A stretch of DNA of 64,000 nucleotides, taken from assembly GCA_038087875.1 (NCBI GenBank), contig CM075988.1:14944001-15008000 (forward strand), written 5' to 3'. The stretch comes from Malacoraja senta. Taxonomy: Eukaryota. The notes beneath the pieces were generated by a model. That model ran no database searches, was not told the DNA's origin, and saw only the letters and a list, made by a program, of their open reading frames with translations. Both the position numbers and the translations under genes were made by a program. Positions 26,228 to 38,284 of this stretch are shown here, piece by piece (the first letter of the stretch is position 1; each line of letters opens with the position of its first letter).

Positions 26228-26911
26228 AGCCCCTGTTCGTCCCACTTACGTGTCCTTGGCACGTTAATTACGCGACCTCGTGGTCGCGTTGAACCTCGAC
26301 GGTCCCGCGAAGGTCGCGTGCGACTTCATTCGCCCGCACAGCCGTCTGGAGCGAGTGACGTCATTTGAAAATGGACACAAAATGCCGGAGTAACTCAGCG
26401 GGACCGGCAGCAACTCTGGAGAGAAGGAATGGATGATGTTTCGTGTCTGAAAGAATGGTCTTGACCCGAAACATCACCCATTGCTTCCCTCCAGAGATGC
26501 TGCCGGTCCCGCTGAGTTACTCCAGCATTTTGTGTCTATCTCCAATCGTCTTGGCCCCGCTCTGGGAGTAGAAGTGGGGGCGGATCCGGATCCGCAACGG
26601 CCGTGAGCCCCAGGCCGAGCTCGGCGATCGTTTGCCTGCTTCTGCTGCTGTTGAAAGTGAGACGTTGCGTCGCGCCAGGGTCTTGGGCCTGTCCCACTTT
26701 GGCCGTCAGTTCCGCGACAGGCCGTTGGCGTGCGAAGATTTCGTTCGCTACAAAAATTTCGGATCCCCGCGCGATGTCACGCACAACTACATACCCCTCC
26801 GCGCTTCTCATTGGGACCGCCCCCACGCGGCCATACGATGCCCGTGCACCTCAACGCGACCACGAGGTCGCGTAATTTGCGTGCCAAAGACACGTAAGTG
26901 GGACAGGCCCT
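26228..26911. mobile_element. PIF/Harbinger-type MITE (copy 1) carrying an internal Penelope pLTR hairpin
   Basis: About 60-bp imperfect TIRs (agcccctgttcgtcccacttacgtgtccttggcacg... / ...cgtgccaaagacacgtaagtgggacaggccct), flanks CTA/TTA, CpG-rich. Confidence 0.8.
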
Positions 26912-27298
26912 TTAGGTCATTCCCAGTTTCACAAATGATTATAAAAATCAAATTGGACATTGGCCCAATATTTCTTTGAGATTCCTCCTGTTATTGCTGG
27001 ACCTGTTAAGGTACAAAAAAACAAACAGATTATGCTGTTCTGTAAAGTTCCAGTGGTCATTTTGGCATTTCTGAGATGGCAGAGTAAAGCCAGTACCTCT
27101 GAAACATGATGCACAGTACACGTGGCAAAAATAAACCAGTTGCAAATACCACCAGTCTTCACCTTCAACCAAAGGCAAATAGGGAAGTGTACTAGTAAAG
27201 ATTGTTGGTGTTATTTCCTTCAGCTTCATTTCTTCTCTGTTCCAGGTGGCTGGGATCCGGCCAGATCAAGTAACAATCTCCATGAGGAAGGACAGAAA

Positions 27299-27374
27299 AT
27301 GCTGCACCTCTTGATATTGCTGATGTTTTTATCTTTAAGGAAAAGTTCTGAATTCCCAAATTCAGTCCGAATGG
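27299..27374 (+). CDS. GRIK4: Kainate receptor GluK4-like, coding exon 1 (signal peptide); exon starts at 27246 with 53 nt of 5' UTR
   Basis: Acceptor ttctctgttccag ends at 27245. ATG at 27299 has A at -3. Encodes MLHLLILLMFLSLRKSSEFPNSVRM, a hydrophobic leader ending like GRIK4 PHSLRIA / GRIK5 LSSLRMA. Phase-1 donor G|gtaggt joins the CT of the next exon to give Ala. Confidence 0.85.
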
Positions 27375-27382
27375 GTAGGTCT

Positions 27383-28135
27383 CACACAATCACAATCACA
27401 ATAATACTTTATTAGCCAAGTATGTTTTGCAACATACAAGGAATTTAATTTGCCAAGTCTGTCATACAAATAAGAAACAACGGAACACATAAAATACATT
27501 TTAACATAAACATCCACCACAGTGACTCCTCCGCATTCCTCACTGATGGATGGCGAAAAAAAGTTCAAATCTCTTCCCTTCAATGCTCTCCCACGGTCGG
27601 GGGCCTCGAGCCCTCCGTTGACGGGACGATCTTGACTTCCGTAGCCGGCGGCGTTTGGGCCCCCCCGCATTGGGGCGATTTGCTCCTGCATCAGGGAGAT
27701 GTAATTTCCATCGCGCTGGACGATCGGGCCCCGGGTCGGGGCTGGTCGAGCCTCTGTGTCGTTGGAGCTTCCCGACTAGCCTCTCCCGAGACCGCGAGCT
27801 CTTGATGGTAAGTCCACAGGCCGCGGTTGGAGCGATTCCAGGCAAGGGATCAGCTCCGATGTTAAGTCCACGCCCCACGGTGGGGCTCAAGTCAGTCCGA
27901 GGAGGCCTCTAGCTCCATCGATGGTCGGCCGCGGAGCGACCGGAGATGCGATCTGGAAAATAATCGCATCTCCGGCAAGATAGGAAACTGAAAAATAAAG
28001 TTTTCCCCCGACCCCCACCCCCTCCCCCCACATAAACAAACCGGAGAACAAACCTTTAACACACTAAAAATATTTTTTAAAGACGAAAAAACAGGCAGAC
28101 TGTTGGCGGGGCTGCCAATTGTGTGGCGCCCCTGG
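27383..28135 (-). mobile_element. GC-rich non-autonomous retroelement with (GATTGT)n tail
   Basis: CpG-rich body; the 3' end (...acttggctaataaa) is shared with bases 1-75; (ACAATC)n on the + strand. No TSD seen. Confidence 0.6.
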
Positions 28136-29394
28136 TGGGGAACTATCCCTAACAATCCTTCTTCATTTGGAGCTCTATTGAAGAAAATATTAATTCTCCC
28201 AGGTTTTTGGAAAGTCACAAATGGAAAGTGCATCGAATGGCCCACATCTTGCATGTGTTGTGCAGTTTCTGTCCTGTCACTGTGTTAATCTTAACTCTGG
28301 GAAGAACCGGAGAGGAGGGCTAATAAACCTCGAAACCCACCCACTGATCCAGAAATAACACCAGGTTATATCAACTCTGCAGCAAGAACACCCAGGATGT
28401 TAGTGGATGTACTGTAAAATGATTCAGTTCCGTTGACATAATGTGGGTGGTGGGATTTGCTTTGGACTACTTTGTCGGGATCTTGCTTTTAGGGAGTATT
28501 GAGTTCCTGCTAGATCTGAGGATCCCTTCCGTAATCCTCCACCTTCCATCTCTCCGCTCTTCCCCCGCTACATCTTTGCAGCCTTGCACTGTAGTCTGTC
28601 TGTGATTAATATTTGCACTGCAGTCGGCAGAAGAAAACCTTCCCTTTACATTTTTTCTGCTGTCCTGTGGAACTTGATTCTATTTCAGTGACGTTGGAAT
28701 AGGATTAGCCCATTTAGCCTGTTCTACCATCCAGTTAGATAACAGCGCTCTGTATCTTGCCTCCAACACCTGCCTTTGGTACATTGCTTCATACTATTTC
28801 TGTCTGACAAATATCTAATAATCCTATATTTAGATGATGATTAGTCTTCCAGATATTTGAAGAGGAAGTTCTCTGTTTCCATTACACCACAGAATTGTTC
28901 CTGACATGGCCCCTGAACATTCATGCCATACTTTTATAGTTATGCCTCCTTGTAGAGCACACTCCTCCAGGATACACTGTCTCTTTCCGTATCGATATAT
29001 CAGTTACTTTTATGATGCTAAGGAATTATCACTTTACGTTTGAGTATGCAAGGGAGTACAAAGGTAGTCTACAGTATCTCTTCCCATAAATTAACCATTT
29101 TATTCTTGGAATCATTACAATGACATCCCTTCAATGTCACGTCTAATGTATTTTAGAGTACAAATCTCCACTGACCCTCTCCCCTCATCATCGAAGGAAA
29201 TAACGTCAGTCATTAACACAATCATGAAAAGCGGCTAGTTTTTATGGAGCAACGATAGAAAGGCAGATAGGCCTGGGAAAGGAATTCTAGACTGGTTGGA
29301 TAAAGGAATTAATGCCAATGATGGAGCAAATAAAGAAGTCTTTGCCGAACTTAGAATTGGAGGCATACATTGATCTTCAAGTGTTGTTGGACTG

Positions 29395-29696
29395 GGGTGG
29401 CACAGCGGTAGAGTTGCTGCCTTACAGTGCCAGGGACCCAGGTTTGATCCTGACTATCGGTGCTGTCTGTACAGAGTTTGTACTTTCTCCGTGTGAGACC
29501 ATGTGGGTTTCCTTCAGGTGCTCTGGTTTCCTCACAAACTTCCAAGACGTACAAACTTGTAGGTTAATTGGCTTTGGTGAAAAATTGTAAATTGTCCTCA
29601 GTATGTACGATAGTGCTAGTGTACGGGGGTGATCACTGGTCAGCGCGGACTCGGTGGGCCGAAGGCCTGTTTCCACGTTGTATCTCTAAAGTAAAG
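29395..29696 (+). mobile_element. tRNA-derived SINE (HE1-like)
   Basis: A and B boxes plus tail gaaggcctgtttccacgttgtatctctaaa. Confidence 0.85.
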
Positions 29697-30199
29697 ACTG
29701 GAAGAGGCTGCAGAGATAGGGAGAGGTATAGTGAAGGGATTTAAATTTGAGGTTGAGAACTTTAATACCTGTATTGATTGGGAGCCACTGTAGGTTCAGC
29801 AAGGATAGGTGTGATAGGGGGGAATCAGTAAGAAGACAGTTTAATCACTGCCTCCCTCTTTGTTATCTCCTTCTCCAGATTTTTTTCTTTATTCACCAAC
29901 CAAGCTTTCTTTTTTTAATCTTTCAATCTATTTCTCTGTCAAAATCTTTTCCTACCCCTCTCAGTGACTTAATCTCTCACTTTGTCACATGCACTTTCAG
30001 ATTTGTTTCTTATCTAATGCTTCCCCTCTCTTCCTCACCAGATAGCATTGGCTTTCCTCAACCTCTCCCAGGGAAGGAGCAGAGACCCTCACATTCATCT
30101 CTAGCTGCCGTTAGGCAGGTCTCCCAAGTCACCATTCAAATTTTCCACACGGATTAAAAGCCCATCCTAGTGTGAATGATTGTACAACCATAGCCATCA

Positions 30200-30530
30200 A
30201 GATGTAGAGTCCCAGTTATACAGCACAGAAACAGGCTCTTCAGCCAATTTTGCCATCCAACCAAGGTGCCCAGCTAAGATAGTCATTTCTTCCCTTGTTT
30301 GGCCCATATCCCTGGAAACCTTTCCTATCCATGTACTGTCCACTGTCTTTTAAATGTTGTTATTATACCTACCTCACCCACTTTTTCTCTCAGTTCGTTC
30401 GATATACCCACCACACTCTGTGTGACGAAACTGCTCCTCAAGTCCCTTTTAAATCTTTCCTCTCTAACCTAAAACCTATGCCCTCTAGTTTTCAATTCAA
30501 CTTTTGTGAGAAAAAGACAGTGCATTTACC
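30200..30530 (-). mobile_element. CR1 LINE 3' fragment
   Basis: Reverse complement of the same ORF2 end and 3' UTR. Confidence 0.7.
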
Positions 30531-30814
30531 TTCTCGGTTTAGTAGGCTTTTGAATGAAAACTATCCACAGTATCATAATGGCATTAAGTGATTTGGGCCA
30601 AGTATTAACAGATCACCTTTTCTCAGCTTGATGTGTGTCTCATTTCCTGGTCTAGCACTTTGATGTGATCAGAACGTTCACATTCTCCCATAACCTTGAC
30701 TAAGCTCATGTGTGTTACTTAGCTGCAGAAACAGGAGGGCCATCTTCTCCTATCTTCTTCCATCGCATCTCCCTTTTGGAGAAGCCATTTAGCCATTTAA
30801 CCATTCAGGGTCAG

Positions 30815-32025
30815 TTCCTGTGGATTGGCGTCATCCCACTTTTCAAGAAAGGAGCGAGAGAGAAAACAGGGAATTATAGACCAGTTAGCCTGACATTGGT
30901 GGTGGGGAAGATGCTGGGGACAATGATTAAATAAGTAATAATGGCGCATTGGGATAGCAGTAAAAGGATTGGTTCAAGTCAGCATGAATATATGAAGGGG
31001 AAATCCTGCTTGATAATCTTCTGGAATTTTGTGAGGATATGACAAGTAAAATGAAGGAGAGCCAGTGGATGTGGTGTATCTGGACTTTCAGAAAGCTTTC
31101 GATAAGGTCCCACACAGGAGATTAGTGGGCAAAATTAGAGCACATGGTATAGGGTATTGACATGGATAGAGAATTGGTTGGCAGACAGGAAACAAAGAGT
31201 AGGAATAAATGGGTCCCTGTCAGAATGGCAGGCAGTGGCGAATGGAGTGCCGCAAGGCTTGGTGCTGGGGCCGCAACTATTTACAATATATATTAATGAT
31301 TTAGATGATGGGATTAAAAGTAACACTAGCAAATTTTCAGATGACACAAAGCTGGGTGGCAGTGTGAACTGCGAAGAGGATGCTTGGAGGTTGCAGGGTG
31401 ACTTGGACAGGTTGAGTGAGTGGGCAGATGCGTGGCAGATGCAGTATAATGTAGATAAATGTGAGGTTATCCACTTTGGGCAAGGAGGCAGATTATTATC
31501 TCAATGGTGTCAGATTAGGAAAAAGGGAACTGCAACGAGACCTGGGTTTCCTTGTACACCAGTCACTGAAAGTAAACGTGCAGGTACAGCAGGCAGTGAA
31601 GAAAGCTAATGGTATGTTGGCCTTTATAACAAGAAGATTTGAGTATAGGAGTAAAGAGGTCCTTCTGCAGTTGTACGGGGCCTTGGTGAGACCACATCTG
31701 GAGTATTGATGGGGGAGTCCTGAACCAGGGGCCACAGTCTAAGAATAAAGGGGGGGTCATTTAAAACTGCGATGAGAAAAAACGTTTTCACCCAGAGAGT
31801 TGTGAATTTGTGGAATTCTCTGCCACAGAAGGCAATAGAGGCCAAATCACTGGATAAATTTAAAAGAGAGTTAGATAGAGCTCTAGAGGCTAGCGGAATC
31901 AAGGGATATGGGGAGAAGGCAGGCACGGGTTACTGATTGTGGATGTTAAGCCATGATCACTATGAATGGCGGTGCAGCCTAGAAGGGCCAAATGGCCTCC
32001 TCCTGCACCTATTTTCTATGTTTCG
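30815..32025 (+). mobile_element. CR1 LINE fragment (RT to 3' tail, internal deletion near 31708)
   Basis: PLFKKGAREKTGNYRPVSLT, GVPQGLVLGPQLFTIYINDL, FSDDTK, LVRPHLEY, RVVNLWNSLP; tail gcctcctcctgcacctattttctatg. Confidence 0.92.
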
Positions 32026-32168
32026 AACCTTATCCCCATTCAAATGATTTAGGCTAAGCTATGCTTGAACACTATTTACCCACATTAGCTTGGTTCCTTT
32101 ATGCTTTGTGCTTCCTATGATGAGAGAAGGGTCACTGAGATCAGTTTGTGAAATTTGTGTGTTTCCAG

Positions 32169-32333
32169 CTGCAATTCTGGACGATCCGATGGAATGCAGC
32201 CGAGGAGAAAGACTCGCCATTAGTCTTGCAAAAACCCACATCAACAACATGGTGGATCCATCTGAAAAGGCAAGGCTGGAGGTTGACCTGTTTGAACTGC
32301 TGCGGGACAGCGAATATGAAACGGCAGACACCA
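32169..32333 (+). CDS. GRIK4: Kainate receptor GluK4-like, coding exon 2 (165 nt)
   Basis: tttccag|CT acceptor, A|gtaggt donor. Encodes [55 protein letters not shown]; the [16 protein letters not shown] and [12 protein letters not shown] blocks are GRIK4-type. Confidence 0.95.
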
Positions 32334-32608
32334 GTAGGTACCCGAACTGGTCTGGTCTCCTCTCACCTCAGCAGAAAGACGGGGTTGGGCTGAGTGTGGA
32401 ACATAATGATTTGCCTGCCTTTTAGAGACACATATTTTAATCTCCCATCTATCCAAATGTCTTTTAAATATTGTTATTGTACCGACCTCAACACTTCCTC
32501 TCTAGCAGCTCATTCCATATATCCACCACCCTATGTGTGAAGAAACTGCCGCTCGTGTGCCTTTTAAATCTTTCCCCTCTCATCTGAAACCCCTGCCCTC
32601 TAGTTTTT

Positions 32609-33001
32609 AATAATAATAATAATAATGGATGGGATTTATATAGCGCCTTTCTAATACTCAAGGCGCTTAACATCGCATTATTCATTCACTCCTCAGTCAC
32701 ACTCGGTGGTGGTGAGCTACTTCTGTAGCCACAGCTGCCCTGGGGCAGACTGACGAAAGCGTGGCTGCTAATCTGCGCCTACGGCCCCTCCGACCACCAC
32801 CAATCACTCACACACATTCACACACATTCACACACATTCACACACATTCACACACATTCACACACATTCACACGCAGGCAAAGGTGGGTGAAGTGTCTTG
32901 CCCAAGGACACAACGACAGTATGCACTCCAAGCGGGATTTGAACCGGCTACCTTCCGGTTGCCAGCCGAACACTTAGCCCATTGCGCCATCTGTCGTCCT
33001 A
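32609..33001 (-). mobile_element. tRNA-derived CORE-type SINE with L2-like tail, nested in a CR1 fragment
   Basis: 7-bp TSD AGTTTTT (32602-32608, 33002-33008). Minus-strand A box tggcgcaatgg, B box ggttcaaatcc, ccttgggcaagacacttc core, aagcgccttgag...aaaggcgctatataaat tail, (ATT)n. Internal (CACACACATT)n at about 32809-32872. Confidence 0.8.
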
Positions 33002-33747
33002 AGTTTTTGACATACCTTCCCTGAGAAAGATATTTAGGGGGTAGAATATTGAGGGCCAAAGCTTCTTAGTGTGATCAGGATGGTAAAACTTAGCCATGTA
33101 ATCCACCACAACCTTCGTGTCTAACCAGGTTGCATCTATTAATCGGAACAAAAGCATGCACCAAATGCATATCCTTGTTTGTTTAGTATGGAGAAGCAGA
33201 TTTATTTCTTTATTTGCTGCCTATGAGACATGACACCCACATAGATAGATAAACTTACACATTTTACATTTTAATGTTCTAGTTATAGCTTTATAACCTC
33301 TGAAATGTTCTTTCTGCCCACAAGGTGTTAATTATAATTAGTTACTAAACAGAATTTAATTTCATGTAAGTTATAAAATATTATATGACTGCATGAAACC
33401 TAAAATAATTTAATTGTTAATTAAACCAAATTGACAACACTTAGCATATATATTATGGGTGTCAGCCTTTGCATGTGATGAGGCTGTTGAACAGTCGGGC
33501 TGATGTGCGATTTGATGATGTAATTGGACGTGGCACAGTGTTAAGTCTCCATTAGTGCAGCCCACACAGAAGATGTTGTTGAGCAAACTTCAACTCCTTC
33601 AACAAGTCGAATGATGTCACCAATGAGGGAAGCTAAAAATTTGACCGTAACTGCTGGCATTAATCTTTCCACGCCATGAAATATTAACTCAACTGAGCAA
33701 CTGGCAAAGGCGGTCATGTTGTCTGTGCAAGATTTGTTTTAATATTT

Positions 33748-34035
33748 GTTTTAGAGATACAGCGCGGAAAAAAAGGCCCTTTTCGGGCCACCAAGTCCGC
33801 GCCAACCAGCGATCCCCGCACATTAACACTGTCCTACACACACTAGGGACAATTTACAATTATACCAAGCCAATTAACCTGCAAACCTGTACATCTTTGG
33901 AGTGTGGGAGGAAACCGGAAAAACCCACGCAGGGCACAGGGAGAACGTTCAAACTCCATATCGACAAGCACCCGTAGTCAGGATTGAACCCGGATGTGTG
34001 GTGCTGTAAGGCAGCAACTCCACCGCTGCGCCACC
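33748..34035 (-). mobile_element. tRNA-derived SINE (HE1-like)
   Basis: Reverse complement of the same family. Confidence 0.85.
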
Positions 34036-34499
34036 AATGCTTAGCAATGTCGATGTTTTGGAATGTTTTATTTTCAATACCATTCAGATAAAACCGAGTC
34101 CTGATCTCATCAATTGCCTGGTATGCATGACTCCTGAGATGATTAATGAACAGAGAATTGGATACATCCTTTAGACCTCGTCGTATAGCTCGGCCAATAA
34201 CCCTATCCAAAGAAAACAGAGTGATCTGAGGAAAGTAATTGAATAATCTGGAATTTAAAAGTTAATTTCAGTGTGGTGACTATGAGGCTGTTAGTTTTGC
34301 AATGAAATGAGACCGAGTGCACTAGTGTCCTTTAGGGAAGGGCATCTTTCCAGTCTGGCCCGTCATTGATTCCAGATTCTCACAAATGGCCCTTAATGTT
34401 AGAGCCCTCAATGGCCCAGAACACCACAGGAGATCCTTTATCCCTGTTGCTCTCAAACTGTACAACTCCTCCCCCTTCTGTCGTGGGGTATCAAGGTCG

Positions 34500-35080
34500 T
34501 GTGGTGTCAAGCTCACCCATGCCAACCATTAGACATCCTTCCATATTAATCCCACCTCCCAGCACTTGGTCCATAACCTTCTATGCCTCAGCAATTTAAG
34601 TTGTTCATTCAGACACATTAAATCCTGTCAGTGACCCAGCTTCAAACCACTCCCCCAGGCCATGCATTTCAGATACTTACTGTCCTCCACGAAACAAAGT
34701 GTCCCCTCACATCCCCTCTTCCTCCTTAATCTAAATCTGTGTCCTCCAGATTGGTCTACATTTGAGAGGAGGAAAGGTCTCCTACAGTCCACCTATCTGT
34801 ACACCTTATAATTGTATATACTTAATCAAGGTCTTCTGTCAACCTCCTGCACTCCAAGGAGAACAGATCTAGCTTCTCCAGTTTCTTCTCAACTGAACTA
34901 CTCCAGCCAATGTATTATCAGCTTCTCTGTCACATCTCCAGTGCGATCACTTCCTTCCCGTAGCAAGGTGACCAGGACTGCTTGCAATACTCCAGCTGAG
35001 GTCTGCCCTATGTTTTATAAAGTTGTAGCATAACATCCCGACTTCTGCATTCGATGCTCTGACAAATGAGCCAACACCCA
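34500..35080 (-). mobile_element. Old CR1 LINE 3' fragment
   Basis: IECRSRDVMLQLYKT (EYRS.EVLLQLY motif) and decayed 3' part. Confidence 0.65.
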
Positions 35081-35516
35081 CTGTGATTCCACGAACTGGG
35101 CTGTGAAATGGTCTTGCTATTAGAAATAGACGATAAATGTAGACCCAGCCAGAAATACCTGCATCCTAAAAGGGGAGATACTTTTCTTGCAGCATTCCTC
35201 ACTTGAGGAAGTTTGGAAATGAAATGGAAATCACAGTGAGAGTGCAAACGTCATGAAATTTTCTTAGAAATTTAAGATTATTTTTAATTGATTTGAAACA
35301 TGAAATCAATTGTTGTTATATTGCGATTGTATCTTGAATTTAAAATGCTGGAATCTCCCATTCCTTGCTAAGAGTGTCAAATCGGCCACTGATTAGCTGC
35401 TGTCCATCCTGGCAAGGTTTGTACGCAACTGGTAACATAACTACATTTGAAGATAGACACAAAATGCTAGAGTAACTCAGCGGGACAGGCAGCATCTCTG
35501 GAGAGAAGAAATGGGT

Positions 35517-35544
35517 GACGTTTCGGGTCGTAACCCTTCTTCAG
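35517..35544 (-). ncRNA. Minimal hammerhead ribozyme motif, intact core
   Basis: Minus strand CUGAAGA-A-GGGU UACG ACCC-GAAA-CGUC, inside pLTR fragment of about 35450-35547. Confidence 0.75.
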
Positions 35545-35604
35545 ACTGGAGTTCCTTCCTTCACATAACTACCTGTATGACTGACTTTTATCTCTTTTCT
35601 GCAG

Positions 35605-35702
35605 CATGTCAGATCCTCCCAAAGGGGGTTGTGGCAATCCTGGGACCTTCCTCAAGTCCAGCATCTGCCTCTATCATCAGCCACATCTGCGGTGAGAAGG
35701 AG
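35605..35702 (+). CDS. GRIK4: Kainate receptor GluK4-like, coding exon 3 (98 nt)
   Basis: ttttctgcag acceptor, GAG|gtaata donor. Encodes (T)[32 protein letters not shown]. Confidence 0.95.
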
Positions 35703-37866
35703 GTAATAGTGCTATTAATAATAATCATGATGCCAGGATAGCTCCTCATTGAAGAGGCTGGCTGGCCCATCACTTTACTTCCAGCGTTCATTGAGATCCT
35801 AATAGATCTACGCTTCAACTCTATTTACTTGCTGATGCTCTATATCCTTTGACACCTTTACCCAAAAGGAACCATTTGTCTCAATATCCAAACTTGCATG
35901 TTTACTGTGCAGGGCACCTCAGATTCTGAGCTTAAAGGGTCATTTTCAGGCCAGAGCAGAGGGCTTACCAGTGACGTTTCCTTGCACATTATCTGCTCGA
36001 GAACAGGGACAGCCAGGCATGCAATGGCAGCAAGCTGCACACAACCTGGTTGTTTGAGTCCACGTACAAAATTCAGCTGCACCTGAGGCTCAGGCTTAGA
36101 ACACAGAAGCAGCTTTTAAATCAGAAATTGAGGATTTATAGAGCCAAAATGAGATCGAGCACGGAAATGGGTCCTTCGGCCCACTGGGTCCATGTTGATC
36201 AAGCGCTTATATATTTACACTAAACATACCCCAGTGCATTGAATTCACCCCACATTCCCATCAATTCCCCTCTGTAACTTGCCGACATACTATAGAAAAT
36301 TAACAAAGACCAATTAACCTACTAATGTGAATATCTTCAGATGTGGAAGTAAATTGGAGTGTCCCACGTTCACATGAAGAGTCCACACAGACAGAACTAG
36401 GATCGTACCTGGGTCTCTGGCACTGTGAGGCAGCGGTCCCTCTAGCTGCGCCACTGTGTTTTGGCCTCTGGCCTTGCATGGGCTGTTGCTGGGAGTGCTA
36501 CTCACTCAGCTACATCTTCTTTAACTTTTCACCCTTGGTCATCATTAACCAGCACCCTTCCCCCCACAATATTCCACAATATCCCCATCCTTTCTCCATC
36601 AATGCTCTCAGGACCCAGCCTCACTAATCTGCCCACCAACTCTACCAAAGTCCCAAGGCTCCTCCTGGCCACCACTAACGCCTCTTCTTCCCGGGTCTTC
36701 ATCCTTTCTCCAATCTCTCTCCCCTCAGCATTTATCATGCCAGTCTCTCACAGTACCATGTCTCCTTCAATCAGATCATCTCTTATTTAATAAACTCTCA
36801 TGATCCAGTCTTCCTCAAAATCTCAGAACAACTCATTCATCACAGGTATCAATATAGAGAGTCCGGGCAAGTATAACGGTCTTTCAAAATAGAGACCAAA
36901 AACACACATGATCCTCAAATCAGAAGATACTACATGACGTCTGCAATCACAACAAAGTTCATCTTGATTTGTACTCTAAGCTCTCTGTAAGAAAGCCTTT
37001 CCAATTGTTGCATCCACATTTTTACTCTCATGAATAAAAATGGAATTAATATTTTCTTCTAACCATTTAAAATTGATTTTTTTTTTAAAAGTACATAGCA
37101 AATACTCACATTTCACCTTGTACTCCATCTGCCACTTTCTTACCCATTATGTTATCCTTTGCAGATTCTGTGCATTCTCACTCTGTGCTTTGTGGAGTCT
37201 CTTCTCCTTAAAGCCACGGTTGCTCATCCACTCGGATCACCGTTAAAAGGCAGCAATTGTCACCTCGACATCACGGAATGTGGACTGAAAAGATTCTACC
37301 TCGTTAGGCCACTGAACACAATAGATTTAAGTCAGAAATGACGCAGGGGGTTGGGGATCTGAGTGGATGAGTAACTAGCTCACTGACATCGTCCCTTCCT
37401 TCACCAGACACCTGGGATTTAAAACATTTTATTTTACTCGAAAGATGCTTCAGTAGAATGTATAATTTCAATGCAAAAATCAAAAGGGATGGTGAGTTGA
37501 AAACTAGTGTGGGAAGGAATGCTGGTTTACACTGAAGATAGACACAAAAAGCTGGAGTAACTCAGCGGCTCAGGCAGTCTAAAGAAAGGTCTCGACCTGA
37601 AATGTTACCTATTCCTATTCTCCAGAGATGCTGCCTGACCCGCTGGATTACTCCAGCTTTTTGTATCTATCATTGTGAGTTGAAAACTACACTAGCTTTG
37701 CATTAGGAAAATTGAATTGGGAGTATTCGATTGTTTTTAGGTGGTATAATCATAATGAGTTAAAGAGAAGCGGTAAAATTGACTGAACAAAGCTCTGGAG
37801 TTGATCTCTGGGCTACTTATCTGCTGAGAACACCTCTCTGACCAGCTTCCGTCTATTTCAATACAG

Positions 37867-38032
37867 GTCCCTCACGTGAAGGTAGCACCTGAAGAAATTC
37901 CTAAATCGCAGTATTTGAGGTTCACTTCACTAAACCTGCACCCAACCAACACAGACGTCAGCCTAGCTATTGCCAGCATCCTGAACTTCTTCAACAGAAC
38001 CATGGCGTGTCTGATCTGTGCCAAAGCTGAAT
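37867..38032 (+). CDS. GRIK4: Kainate receptor GluK4-like, coding exon 4 (166 nt)
   Basis: atacag acceptor, T|gtaagt donor. Encodes [55 protein letters not shown]. Not in the ORF track; translated by hand. Confidence 0.95.
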
Positions 38033-38284
38033 GTAAGTTTATCAAAGGCTATTGACATGTATAAAAATACCATGGTGAAATATCGCTCTTCAAAACTACT
38101 CCTTTCACTGAATGTTTGAATGGGCAATCTGATACATTTTAGTTCTGAGACAGTGAGAAATCACGATCGATCTCAGAAATGATGCAAGAGGAGATAACCT
38201 GTGGAAATGCTCTGGTGTCTCGTTGTGTGCCAGTGGCTGACACACGAACAAAAGTACAGCGAGACAAGGAGAAAGTCAATTAGC

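Noticed and set aside
28441..28605. Hydrophobic ORF MWVVGFALDYFVGILLLG... as an alternative first exon
   Set aside because: No convincing phase-1 donor to join exon 2.
32090..32425. Stand-alone 111-aa gene
   Set aside because: Only 32169-32333 is coding; the rest is intronic read-through.
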